NCBI RefSeq assembly: GCF_036321535.1
Contig: NC_087436.1
Span: 122,576,001 to 122,640,000, forward strand
DNA from: Camelus dromedarius
Lineage: Eukaryota
Length of the DNA: 64,000 bases
Direction of reading: 5' to 3'
Position numbers and translations under genes: made by a program. Below, piece after piece: positions 23,250-35,420 of this stretch. Within the stretch, counting starts at the first letter, position 1. Every line of letters starts with the position of its first letter. The notes under the pieces are model-generated. The model saw only the letters and a program-made list of their open reading frames with translations, ran no database searches and was not told where the DNA came from.

Positions 23250-23530
23250 ACTTGGCTATCTTGATATATTGATCCCAGGGCTGGAGCATGTTGTAAAATG
23301 AGGTGATCATAATAGGATTTAAAGCTATTACGGGTGAAGCGGCAGCAACACAGAGCCAGGGCTCGGTAGCGTCATTCATGGCTGAAAAATCGCGCCATGA
23401 GGCTCTGCCAATCCCAGGGAGACCAGCCCTGTCGCGGGACCTGCTGGGTCTGAGGGCCGAGCCCAGATGTTCTGCGACTCCATCTTTGTTCTCATCTTTT
23501 TCCACCCATGACAATAAAAGGGCTTTGCTC
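23250..23530. promoter_or_regulatory. Candidate enhancer
   Basis: AT-rich unique block: ATTGATC, GTAAAA, TGATCATAAT, GGATTTAAA, TGACAATAAAA. Confidence 0.35.
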
Positions 23531-24499
23531 CAGACTGAAGTTGCTCAGAACCCACGGCAAAGCCAACCACAGCTGTGGGCGTCCTGGGCTGAGGGCGGGT
23601 TCAGCACGCACGTGTGCACACCGCATCACCCAGCAATACGCATGGACACGCATGCCCCTCCACACGCCACCCTGGCTCCCCTTCCCGGTGTCGGGGGGCT
23701 GAGCAGCTTCTCTGTGCTTCTGAGAGCTCCTGGGCCTGAGCACTGCTGCACCTGCATCCGCGCTCACACCTGGAGCATCTCAAAGGCTCGCGCCCCCTGT
23801 CCCTCGAGGCCGGCAGAGCTCCCTTCTGGCCGGCGCTAGCTGGTGGAGGTTCTGAGAGGCTTCCCCACACCCGGGGTCCCTGACAGCACCACACATGCTG
23901 GCCAGCACTGAGAGCAGCCGACTCTGAAATGCCTTCCTCTGCACCCCACCACGGGCTTCACTGGGGGCTCCATGCTGGGGCCCTCTGCACCCCTCCGCTG
24001 TGGAGCAGAGACCCCTATGCAGCTGTGGTGATGGAGTAGGCAGACCCCTGGCCCTCTGCTCATGTGCTGGCTGGGAACCTGACTGAGGAGAGAGGCTCTC
24101 TGGGCCCCCAACCACAGCAAGCAGTCACTCCCAGGAGGAGCTGGGGAAGGCTAGGTCCAGGAGGCTTCTCGGAGGAGGTGGCTCAGGGCTGGCTCCAGCA
24201 CTGGCCCAGAAGGCCAGCCACCCACACTCTGTGCCCAGCTGGGCACTGAGCGAGGCCTGAGGCCTCCTCTGTGGGCAGCAGAAGCCCAGTGGCTCCCCCT
24301 CCCTCACCTCCAAGCTCGAGGGGCACGTGCTGGGGGTCTGGGCACCTCAGCCCCACGTGGCTTGTTCCACTGTGTCACGACAGGCAGTGGGGGCGGGGCT
24401 GGCCGGGCTGAGGGGCCAGGAGCGTCCAGAACCTGGCAGCTGCCCATGTGCCAGCCGGGTCAGCAGCCTTCCCGGCCTGTGCAGCAGCTGGACACCAGA

Positions 24500-25080
24500 A
24501 ACATAGAGATGTATCGAATTCAGCTCAGCAACCCAGGCATGAATGCCTGGCCTTTAAAGAGAAACTTATCTGTAATTAAAATCATGCACAAGTTTTAGAA
24601 AGAGCCTGTTTACAACTGGAAAGAAAGCTGATTGTGAAAATGAATAGGCTTCCGCCGGGGCCCGGAGTGTTTAATTCAAAAAGAAGTCCCCCCACGGAGG
24701 TGCTCTGCCGGGGCTGTTTTCCCCTGTGCTTTTGGGGGGCTGGCGGCCGTGGCTGCGGTTGGCGCTGACCTTATCAGGCATGATCGCACCCGTGGGGCTG
24801 GTCTGCGGGCTCCCGGGTGGCTGAGAACTTGCCACAAATCCCGCTCCTCCGCGTGTGAGCAATAAATTAGCCCAGTTAAAATCAGCAGGACACGCTTATT
24901 CAAAGTTCATGTTTCCCTGTAAGCAGATGGTGGCTGCGGTGTGTGTGAAGCAGGTGGCATCAATCACCAGCCTCGGAATTTAGGGGACAGTCATGCCGGC
25001 CCTCCCGGAGGAGCCGCTGCCTTCTGGCACGTGGTAGCCGTGAGAATGTGATTTATGCCTGGAGTGGGGGCTGGTCCCTG
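24500..25080. promoter_or_regulatory. Candidate conserved non-coding enhancer
   Basis: TTATCTGTAATTAAAATCA, TTTAATT, CAATAAATTAG, PBX-HOX-type ATCAATCA (24959-24966) and TGATTTAT (25049-25056). Confidence 0.5.
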
Positions 25081-26607
25081 CGCCTCGGTAATTTCGGAGG
25101 ATTGTGGCGCTGTGCCCAAGAACCGGCAGAGCAGTCGATGGAGAACTTGGGGCCACCTGCTCGTGGAGCCTGGTGGTCGCCGACTTTGCCCATCCTCTCT
25201 GCTGCCCTTCCGGCTCCGTGGACGACACAGCTGGCCCGGACCAGGCTCTTTTCCCGGGTACTGATTGCAATTAAGAGCGTGAATTTGAAACAGAAGATAC
25301 GGGGCTCCGGGGCAGGAGCCCTCTTTCTCCCATGCCCTGAGAGGGCGAGCCCACCTCTGAGACCACCTGACCTGAGACAAGCCTGAGATGCCCTGGCACC
25401 CCCAGCCCGGCCACCGCACCGAGAGCTCCAGGAACCTGCACAGCTGGCCGCACGGTGTGTTTGCTGCTCACCGAGTTGGGGCAATCTCAGAGCCAGCCGC
25501 GAGAGTGCGGAAGAGGCCTCCACAGACCACGGCTCCCCTCCTGCCCAGCAGCCAGACCCATGGACCCCTGCCACCTACCATGGGCAGGGTGGCCTGGGTC
25601 GGGCCACCGTGGGGCACAGGGGTCACTGCCCCATGGAGTAGGGGCCCCACTCCAGGTCCCCCATCCTGTGAGGGGGCGGGACCCTCCTGATAGCCTCTCA
25701 GTGGGGGGAACTCATCCCTCGTCTGGGGACACACAGGCTGGTCTATGTGACCAGGTGACAGCAGGGACCTCGGAGCCAGGGTGGAGCATGCGGGCGGGCC
25801 GGGCCACGGGGGACTCAGAGCAGGTACCACCCAGGTGGTCGGCGGGGGCCTGGCAAGGTAGGCCCAGGGGCCGTCTGAAGAGGCGCCCAGCAGGACTGAG
25901 ACCACTGCACTTCACCTGCCCTGCTGCTCGACCACACAGGGCAGCCACGCCAGGACAGAGCCCCTCCAGGCCAGTGCCCCGTTAGCCTGTGCTCCCCTCG
26001 GCACCAGCCCCTGACCCCATGCAGAGCAAGCTGCCCCAGGTGGGGCCCCTCCTGCCCGGACCATGACCAGTGCGCGTCCAGCAGGAGGCGGCTTCCCATC
26101 TGCCTGTCTGCGAGCAGCCATGGCCTCTCACCCGGTGCAGGCATCGGGGCCCAGGTTTCGTGGGGCCCCTTTGGCGCATCCCTGCATTCATGGGCCTGTC
26201 CCCACTCTCGCCCCTGCCCCCGGGGCCTTGTAGGGCCACTTTCCACATTTCAAAGGCAGGACTGGGCACTGCTGGTTGCTCTGGGTCACCCAAGGCTGTC
26301 GGGATAGAGCAGAAGGCAGCGCACATGAGGTCGGTCCTTCCCAGATCTGCTGGCAGGCTGGGCCTGGGAGTGGGGCCCTGTGGCTGGAGAGGGTGGTGTA
26401 CAGACAGCTGCCTTTAGAACCCGGACAGGCCAGCCCTCCATCCACCCAGCACCCTGTGGCCCTCTGGCCTCTGCTGCTCCAGCCTGTGGTGTTCACAGCG
26501 AAGCCTTTCCTCCTCTGGGATCCCACTGACCCTAGAGCCCCGTCTTGCCCCTCACTTGGCCACCGCAGTCCCCTGTCTCCCCAGGAGGACTTGGCAATGG
26601 TTGGTTG

Positions 26608-26860
26608 GGTTTGGCAATGATTTCTGGGATATTACACCAAAAGCACATGCAAGGAAAAAAATAAATTGGACTTAATCAAAATTAAAAGCTTTGGTGCCCC
26701 AAAGGGCGCTGCCAGAGGATGGGAGAAGATACTCACAAACCATGCATCTACTGAGGGAAGCAAACACAGAACACACAGAGAACCACTACGACTCCAGGAC
26801 AACAACAAACGCAATTGCAAATGGAAAAAGAACTTGGACAGACGTTTCTTCAGAGATGCT
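26608..26860 (+). mobile_element. L1 ORF2 fragment
   Basis: ORF 26666 translates to DLIKIKSFGAPKG...WEKILTNHAS, resembling ORF2p DLIKLKSFCTAKE...WEKIFANHIS. Confidence 0.85.
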
Positions 26861-27004
26861 ACTGCTGGTGTCCAGGGCAGGTCCTCTCAGGTGCAGGGGG
26901 TGGAGTGAGGCAAGAAGACTGCAGGGGTGAGGGCGGGGGATGGCCAGCCGCCCCCATGGCAGGGGGACAAGTGGCAGGCTTTGCGCTGGCAGGCGAGACA
27001 GCAG

Positions 27005-27200
27005 TGGTTCCTAGATGTGCTGCTTTCCTGATCCTGGTGGTTATGCTGTGGTTTCTTAAGAGAATGTCCTTAGTTTTAGGAAATTCACGCTGAAGTATTA
27101 GAGGGTTGGCATGTCTGCAAGTTACTTTCAAATGATCCCAAAATTCATAAACACACACACACACAGTGAGAGAGGGAGAGTGCAAGCTTGCACCCCCGGT
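27005..27200 (+). mobile_element. L1MC4/L1ME-like 3' end fragment
   Basis: gagaatgtccttagttttaggaaattcacgctgaagtattagagg...catgtctgcaagttactttcaaatg is typical of old L1M 3' ends. Confidence 0.75.
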
Positions 27201-27604
27201 GAAATTAATAATAATAAAAATACTTAAAGCAGTCATATTTTAAAATATTTTCAGTAAGTGGTCTGTGCTGGTAACTGGTAAGCATGTGGAATAAAGCAGT
27301 AATTGACCAATACAAAAAGGATCTTCATGGCCTCAGAGTACGAGAATATTTCTTAACTAGTGCAACAGAATGTACTAACTATAAAAAACTGTAGAAATTC
27401 AAAGCTGTTATTCCTCAAAAACACCACTAAGACTGTGGGAGAAGGTATCTGTGTCATTGAAGGGTTTGTCATGAAGAATTGTGACAAACCTACAAGAGAA
27501 CTTGAACAGACACTTCAAGAAAAGGACCCCCACGGCCAGTGAGCACAGGAAGAGGAGCTGGATGTTATCTGCAGGCTGGAACAGCCCACCGAAACCACAG
27601 TGAG

Positions 27605-28148
27605 CCGAGACACAGTGACAGCCCAAACGGCCGCCGACAGACGTCTGGATAAAGAAGCTGTGGTGTATTTGTACAATGGAATACTACTCAGCCATAAAAA
27701 GTTAATGAAATATTGCCATTTGAAGCAACATGGATGGACCTATAGACTGTCATTTGAAGTGAAGTGAGCCAGAAAGAAAAAGAAAAGTACCAAACGGTAT
27801 CACTTATATGTGAAATCTCAAAAAAAAAAGAGAGACACAAATGAACTTATTTATAAAACAGAAGCAGACTCACAGATAGAAAACAAACTTACGTACCAGG
27901 AGGGAAAGAGGGTGGGAAGGAATAAACTGGGAGTTAGAGATTTGCAGATACTGACTACTATACATTAAACAGATAAAACGTTCATACTGTATAAGGCAGA
28001 GAACTAATGTCAATATCCTGCAGTGACCTACAATGAAAAAGAACATGAGAAGGATTATATGTATGTACGACTGAAAAATGCTGCGTATGTTGCAAACTGA
28101 TCATACCTCAGTTAAAAAAGAATCAAAAAAGCCCAAAACAAAACAAAT
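27605..28148 (+). mobile_element. Young 5'-truncated LINE-1 3' end (camelid-like) with A-rich tail and TSD
   Basis: tggataaagaagctgtggtgtatttgtacaatggaatactactcagccataaaaa...gggtgggaaggaataaactgggagttagagatttgcagatactgactacta; A-rich tail 28114-28148; flanking direct repeat CCACAGTGAG at 27595-27604 and 28149-28158. Confidence 0.9.
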
Positions 28149-28195
28149 CCACAGTGAGATGGGACTACACACTTACCAGATGCTAAAAAGAAAAA

Positions 28196-28272
28196 GACGA
28201 AATCCACCCCCCCCCCCGGGGACTGGGATGTGGAGACAGATCCCCCCCCCTTGGGGACTGGGATGTGGAGAC
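28196..28272. repeat. ~35-bp tandem duplication
   Basis: A C-run followed by ggggactgggatgtggagac occurs twice in tandem. Confidence 0.85.
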
Positions 28273-28297
28273 GAAAGCCCCGGGTTTATGATGTGGA

Positions 28298-28499
28298 GCA
28301 GGAAGGAGCTGGTGAATGCTTAACAGTCTGCCCTCCGGGGTGAAAGTGTGCTGTTTGTCATGTTGTTGGCTGCCATGGTGTAAATGCTCCCACGTGACTG
28401 ATTTCAAGGGACTGATGCGACGTTGCTGACGCAGGGCTGGGAAGGCACATGTAGGAGCTGCTCTTTGAGCTCTTGTGCCCTGGCTCCAGCCGCCACTTT
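28298..28499 (-). mobile_element. MER63A-like hAT-Blackjack DNA transposon relic
   Basis: gctggtgaatgcttaaca...ccatggtgtaaatgctcccac...gatttcaag...ctggctccagccgccact is colinear with the reverse complement of recalled MER63; ~200 bp length fits. Confidence 0.75.
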
Positions 28500-29091
28500 G
28501 AAGCCCCCAGGACTCCAGTATGCAGCGGGCGGCCGGGCAGTGGTAGCGGCGTGCAGGAACACTTCGGGCAATACACCCAGAAGCGAAACATATGGACTCC
28601 TGGCAGTCTCCCCACCCCCAGGTGCATCCTCAGACTGACACACATGCTTAATGTTCACAAAAAGACTCGTGCGAGAATGTTCTAGAAACTAGGAAATACC
28701 CTGATGGCCATCGACAGCAGGGTGGAAAATTACTCGTGAATAGCCACACAACGAAACAGCGTACCGATGAGACGGGCGACTCGCTGCTGCACACGCCACC
28801 ACCCAGGAGCTTCCTGCACACAGCGTTGTGTGGAGCAGCCAGACACACTCGCTCGCTTTGTGAGTCCTCGTGCAAGGTTCCAGACGAGCTCCATGAACCG
28901 TGGAGTCAGAATCCAGGACACTGCTCGTCTCCGGGGGAACAGGAGTGTCTGCAAGGCGGCACCAGGTGGGCTGGGGACAAGCTATTTCTTGACTTGGAAA
29001 TGAAGCAGACACACCGACTTCATTTGTGGTAACTGAGAGGCTCATTCCTATTTATGCGCTTTTTAAACTACAGTTAAATTTTTAAGGGTTT

Positions 29092-30832
29092 GGAACATCA
29101 GTAAGATTTCTATACACTAACAATGAATGATCCAAGAAAGACACTGAGAATACAGTTCCATTTACAATAGCACCAAAAGGAATAAAACACTTAGGAATAA
29201 ACTTAACCAGGGAGCTGAAAGACTTCACATTGCAGACAACAGAGCACCTGCTGAAAGAAGTTAAGGGAGGCCTGAATAAGCGGAAGGACATCCCACACTC
29301 ACGGACTGGAGGATTTTATCTTGTTAAGATGATGATGCCACCCAAATGACCTCGTCTACAATCCCTGTCAAAATTTCAACAAGGCATTCGGCAGAAATAG
29401 AAAATTTCATCCTCAAATTCACATAGAATCTCAAAATCGCCAAAAAGAAGAACAAAACTGGAGAACTCAAGGTTCCCGATTTCAGAAGTTACTGCAAAAC
29501 TATAGTGATCGAAACAGTGTGGTGTTGGCGTAAGGACAGACATACAGACCAGTGGAATAGAATCCAGAGCCCAGGAGTAAACCTGCACATATGTGGTCAG
29601 ATGATTTTTGACAAGGGTGCCGAGATCTTTTGATAGGGGAAAGGAAAGGACAGTCTTTTCAACAAATGGTGCTGGGCAGACTGGACATCCACATGCAAAA
29701 GAGAGATGCAGGACTGTTATCTAACACCATACACAAAGATTAACTCAAAATGGATCAAGGACCTAAAGTAAGAGCCATAAAAGGAAGCGAAGCATAAGGG
29801 GAAACATGACTTTGGATTTTGCAATGATTTCTTGGATGTGACACCAAAAGCACAGGCAGGAAAATAATAAATTGGACTTAATCAAAATCTAAACCTTTGT
29901 CTCTCAAAGGACACTATCAAGAGATTGAAGAGGCAGCTCACAGAGTGGGAGGAAATATTTGCAAATTGCATATCTGATGAGGAACTGATATCCAGAATAC
30001 ATAGAGAACTGCTCAAACTCCACAACAACAACAACAACAACAAAATAAACAACCCAATTAAAAATGGGCAAAGGACTCGACCAGACGTTTCTCCAGAGAA
30101 GACGTGTGAACGGCCAGCAAGAACATGAATCGCGCACGTCACTCATCGTCAGGGAAGTGCAAATCAAAGCCACAGCGAGATACCACCTCACACCCATTAG
30201 GCTACTATCAAAAGACTAGAACAGAACCAGTGTGGGTGAGGACATGGAGAAGCTGGTGCTCTCGTGCACTCTTGGTGGGAACGTAAAGTAGTGTAGCCGC
30301 TGTGGGGAACAGTATGGAGGTCCCTCAAAAGAGCAGACAGAGAATTACCACGGGATCCAGAAATTCCATTTCTGGGTATACACCCCAAAGAATTGCAAGC
30401 AGGGTCTCAAAGAGGTATTTGCACACCCATGCTCACAGAAGCATGTTCACCACAGCTGAGATGTGGAAGCCACCCGAGTGTCCGTGGATGGATTAAGCCA
30501 ACGTGGCCGTCCACACGGTGGAACACAGGGACATAATCAGTCACAAAGAGGCAAATGCTGTGAGTTTGATTCCACCTAGAGGAGGTCCCTAGAGCAGTCA
30601 AATCTAAAGATGGGTGCCAGGGGCCAGGGGTGGCGCTGGCGGGGGACTGGGGAGTTGTGTAATGGGGACAGAGTTTCAGAGTCACAGGATGCTGAGCCAT
30701 GGGGGGGCAGTGGTACTGGCTACACAAGAGTGTAAGTGTATTTAACACTGCTAAACTGTCGCTTAAAAGTGGTTAAGAGGATACATTTTATGTTGTATAT
30801 ATTTTACTGCAATAAAGAAACGAGAAAAAAAG
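29092..30832 (+). mobile_element. L1MB-like LINE-1: 3' part of ORF2 (decayed) plus 3' UTR and poly(A) signal
   Basis: ORF 29925 KRQLTEWEEIFANCISDEELISRIHRELL...NNPIK matches ORF2p; cagtcttttcaacaaatggtgctgg; ends cattttatgttgtatatattttactgcAATAAAgaaacgagaaaaaa; (CAA)n at 30021-30043. Confidence 0.95.
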
Positions 30833-33664
30833 TCACGAAGAGGTTGTATGTGCCTGGGTCCAATCAGGAGACAGAAACCACCCAGGGTCCAGCAGGGAAG
30901 TTCTCAGTGAAGGCTTGTTCACGATGAAGAGGGGTTAACTCTGAGACCCCGGTTCCCACCCCTCGGGCTGAGGGAGGGTCCCACCTCCCTGGGGAAGGGG
31001 CTCTGGAGCTGGCCTGTGCTGGGCCTGTGGGGAACCCAGGTGCCATCCCCGGTGAGAGGGGCAGGAGAAACCCAGACGTGCTTCCCCTGCACGTGTGGCA
31101 GGTGAGCGAGCGCCAGCCCCCACCTGAGACCTGCGAGGACGCGACAAATCGTGATTGTGGGCACCGCACTGCCCCGGGTGCCCCGAAAGCGTCGTCTTGC
31201 ATCCCATGCTTGGTGACACCGCTGTGCTGGGGACACCCGGTCGGCTGCATCTCCCATGAGAAGAGTGAATGTTACTCTTTTGCTCTGATCTTCAACAATT
31301 AGAGCAATTGCTGTGAAATACAAACGAAGAAAACCAGGATTGACAATGAGGCCGCCCATCTTCCAGGTCCCGGAAGGTGAATTTGGGATGTCGGCGGAGC
31401 CGGAAGAGAGAGCTGTGAGCACACAGAGCAGGGGGAGCCCCTCTGGTGGGAGGATGGGTCGGGGGGCCTGCAGAGAACAGCAAGGAAAGGGCGGGTGTGG
31501 GGAGACCCCCGCCCCCGGGGCCCCTCTGAGAACTGGCTGCAGTCCCACTGCTGGTGGGCCTCTCCTACCGGGAGGGCAGGGGGAGGGCGGGGGAGGAGCT
31601 TGCTGGTAGGTGGGTGGCTGGGCGAGGGGCCCCGCCGGCTGGGAGGAAGCCCCCACGGCGAGCAAGGACGGTTTGCTCCTGACCCAGCCACGCAGCAGAT
31701 ACCACCAGCGCACTGTCCTTAATGTTCCTCTGTTGAATGGCACAGTGAGGCCCTCTGCCCTGAAAAAACATGCCAGTGGGTTGGCTGACTTCTCAGCTTC
31801 CGTCATAAAAGGCGCGACGCCACTGGGAACTGGCCCTCAGGCTGGGAGGAAGCCCCAGCCACGTATAGCCCACGGGCAGGGGCTCCAGGCCCTGCTAAGG
31901 TCCCAGCCCAGCATGACACCCTTGGCCGTGAGCGAAGCGGCCTCTGGACCACTCCACCCACTGACACCAAGAGCAGGGACCAGCTGCCCACTGAGCCTGC
32001 CCACGTGTGGTTCGTGGGCAAAATAGACGTGGTGGCAGTTGAAGACACTGGGTTTCGGGGTGCCTGGTCACTCACCAACTGATAACAAGTAGACACTCTC
32101 AGCCCAAACGTCAGAGACCCTCAAGGAGACAACCTGGGGCAGCCCCCGGCCTCCTGACCGTGGGGGCTGCTGCGTGCAGGCCTCCTGGCGCTGGAGGCCG
32201 CAGACAGAGGGCATCGTCCCTGCCCCATGTGGGTGAGCACAACGTGGCCTGGCTGCCCCGGCGGTGGGGGAGGGGCCCCCAGGAGATTGCTGAGGACACA
32301 ATGAATTAAAACTCTGAAGGGGGACTCCCCACTCAGCCCCTGGGCATTAGCAGTCTGGTGATGAACAGGGTGCTTGGCAGACCAGGGCAGGGAGGCCGGC
32401 ACGGGGTCCAGTTGGGGGGGCTGCTGGCCGTCCATCACTGGGCGGCTGGCCACATGCGGCCAGCACTGCCCTCCACTGGGACTGCAAGTCACCTTGTAGC
32501 CAGAAGACAGGTGCCTCCAGCTGGGCCAGTTGCTGGTCTGAGTGGGGGACTCTGGGGCCTGGGGGAGCAGGCTGGCCTGTCTGCATCCTGTCGCACTGCC
32601 CACACATCTGCCCAGCCTCGTCCTCCACATTGCCCTGCCCCTGGGCCCTCACCTGCCACTCTGTCCCCTTGTCCGTCCTTCTGCCCCCTCCTCCTCCACT
32701 CTGCCCCCATCCGTGATTTTCCCTGTTGCTAAATCCCACCAGCCTCCAGGTCCCCTGCTGTCACTCCGTCCTCCAGGAAGCCATCCCGGGTGTCTCGGTG
32801 GCCCACCCTGAACCCTTCCTGTCTCAGCCTCACTGCACTCAGAGAAGGGAGGAAGCTCTCCAGTGTCTGACTGATGCTAAGAATTGGTTGACTGAGGTCC
32901 TCAAGACTTTAGCTCCTTACAGGAAGCACAAGTGGGCCCCGACATTGGGGCAGAGTCGGGGGAGCTTCCAGCCTTGGTCCGGGCCCACGGCAGGGGCGGG
33001 GTGTATGGAGTCTGGCTTGCTCTGGAAATGCCTGGGCCCAAGCTTTTGGGGAGGGATTGGAACAGTGCCTTGTCCAGAGCCCCTGAGGTCCCCACCCGGG
33101 GGTGTGAGCAGTTTGGGGCTGGGGCTCCCCACGGACGGGCACTGTGGAAGGACGAAGGCAGCTGCTGGCAGCTCTGCCTGAAGAGGAGGTGCTCCTGCGC
33201 TTTATTGGGACAAAGTGACAGATTCCCTCCTTCTCGCCAGGAAGTTCGCTTGTCCGTGAAGCTCGGGAACGTGGTGGGGCTCAGGGTCTCCCCCGGGATG
33301 AGGGTCTGTGGGCTGCTACTGCGTTTTCTCCATTCCCACAGTCCCTGGAGGCCTCGGACAACTGGGGGCGGAGGTGTTGCCACAGACGCTGGATCGGCAG
33401 GCCGCTGGGCCAGACTGCCTCCCTGGGCCTGTGGACCCTAGGGCAGTAGTAGGGCTGACTCTCGGGGTCCGGAGCCCCCAGCTTGCCTTACCCAGTCCCC
33501 GTGCCCACTGTCACCACCATGCGGCTGGCCCCACGGGGCTTGGGGCCAAGATCTGGGCCTGGGTCTTTTCCCGCCCGGGTGCCCGTGGGGTCCTTTGGGC
33601 ACACAGTAGGGGTTCTGTGCGGCCTCAGCCCTCGGTGGGACATTCTGGGACTGGTGTTGGACCC

Positions 33665-34300
33665 GTGTTAACTTTTAATTTAAAGTCTCTAGGCAAAGCA
33701 CAATGGACTTTTGACATACAAATATTAAAAATTAAATTTCCCGAGTTCATTATCTGATAATTAGAACTAAATAACATCTTAACTGCGAGGCCAGCCCCAC
33801 ACAGATCAAGTCAGTTCCATTTAAGATTCCATTAGACCAGTGTCGGAGCCGTAAGTAATGGACCATAAAATTTAATTTGGAAATGATCTCGCACGGTGAT
33901 GGAGCGATAGCGTTCACAAAGGAGCCGGCGGCCGCGGCGGCCGGGCCGCGCAGCGGGCGGAATTCAAAGGGAGCCGCTGCCGTCGCCTGGAAGAACATGT
34001 GTTCAGTGCTTTCTCCTTTCTCGGGCCCTGTGGTATTTAAAAGTCAGAATTGACCAGTGTAGCTCCGTGTAATTACAAAGACCCCCTTATCGGAGCCTAT
34101 TTGCCGGCACAGAAAGGGAAGGCGATGGTGGCGTCTGGCAGCTCATTTGCATGCGCGGGAATCCGCACGGGTGATCTCGCTGGGATTAGGCTGCACTTGG
34201 GCGGTTCTGCGCTCCCATCTCCGGCTCGGTCTGGCGGCCCGGCCCCCGGCCCCCGGCGCCTGCAGCGGGCCCTCAGTGCCTGCCTCCACCTGGAGTGAAC
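33665..34300. promoter_or_regulatory. Strong candidate conserved non-coding enhancer with CpG-rich flank
   Basis: About 250 bp very AT-rich unique core (TTTAATTT, ACAATG, TTATCTGATAATTAG, CCATTAG, TAATGGACCATAAAATTTAATT), followed by CpG-dense sequence and GTAATTAC. Confidence 0.6.
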
Positions 34301-34562
34301 AGCCGTGCAACGTCCTCAGGGGCTCACCCCACCTGCCAGGGCCCCCACGGCTCCCACAAGTGGCGAGGGGTGAAGTGGTCTCCTTTCTGAACTGCCCGAA
34401 ATTCAGATTGTCCGGCGTCCCACGGGCCCCTGGCTGCCACACCTCGTGGGACCCAGGCTTCGGGTCTCAGCTGCCTGGCCTTGGCCTCCTGGCCCTTGAA
34501 CCCCAGGATCTGCCCACCCCCAAAACTGCCAGGCACCGGCTCTGCCTCCCATGTCACCATAG

Positions 34563-34608
34563 CCACCATCAGGCCGTATGGTCCCCACCATCAGGCCGTA
34601 TGGTCCCC
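34563..34608. repeat. Perfect 22-bp tandem duplication
   Basis: ccaccatcaggccgtatggtcc x2. Confidence 0.95.
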
Positions 34609-35299
34609 GCCCTCCTGCCACCTCCAGGCCCCAGCATTCAGCTCTGGGGTAAAACCGCCGGGAACACCCTTCTAGAAGGCCCCAGTCTAGGCATGTTGTG
34701 GACCGCACTGGGAGTCAGGGTGCCAGCTAGGTGTGCCCGCTGAGGGAGCCAGGCAGCATCCAGGCCTGGTGTGGTCTCACCAAGGACTGACCACAGCAGG
34801 GACAGAGACTCAAGACGCCGAGAGCCCTGTTGGTGGGGCACACAAAACGGTGCTCCCTTGTCCACCCATGGAGCCCACCCCAGCCTGGGTCAGACACTGG
34901 TGGCCTCCACCATCCACTGACCCCTTCTTTCCCAGCTTCTGTGAGCCGCAGGGCAAGGCCACAGGTGGGCTGTGGGGCTAGTGGAGGACGAGAGGGTTGT
35001 TGGGGAGCCACTGTGCCGTCCTAAGTGGGAGCCTGGCCCTGCAGGGCTGTCCAGGCCGGCCTGGGGCCCACGCCCCTGGGAGTCAACCAGGGCCGTCCGT
35101 GGATCTCCAGCACTGAGCACAGGCCGGACGCTGCTCTGTGCACCTGACGCTGGGTCCTCCCTTCTGCTGGAACCCGCCCCAGTACTGGATGGTAGCTCTG
35201 CTTGGCGGGACCCCAGACCCACCAGCGGATCCCCTTCTTCTGTGGGGCTGGGCCTCCCTGCCCTGCCATGCCCAGCAGACACCTTGGCCTCAGGGAGGA

Positions 35300-35420
35300 G
35301 GTCAGTCTGCAGACTTGGTGCCCAGCCCGGTGGCCCCTAGGGGCTGTGACCTTGGGGCTTCACTCCACTCTGCACAGGCAGCAGGGCCAGGCTCTGCTCC
35401 TGCAGGTAAAATGGGGTGTT
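35300..35420 (+). mobile_element. MIR fragment
   Basis: gctgtgaccttgggg...ctctgcac...gtaaaatgggg matches the MIR core. Confidence 0.5.

Larger units (their letters stand above)
27250..29080 (+). mobile_element. Old L1ME-like ORF2 end and 3' UTR (host of two nested insertions)
   Basis: Removing 27605-28158 and 28298-28499 restores colinear ORF2 C-terminal sequence (aaaccacagtgag|atgggactacacacttaccaga; gatgtggag|...ggactccagtatgc), ending in atttatgcgctttt. Confidence 0.7.

Noticed and set aside
29092..30500. Functional L1 ORF2 (reverse transcriptase)
   Set aside because: 5'-truncated, with many stops, frameshifts and deletions.
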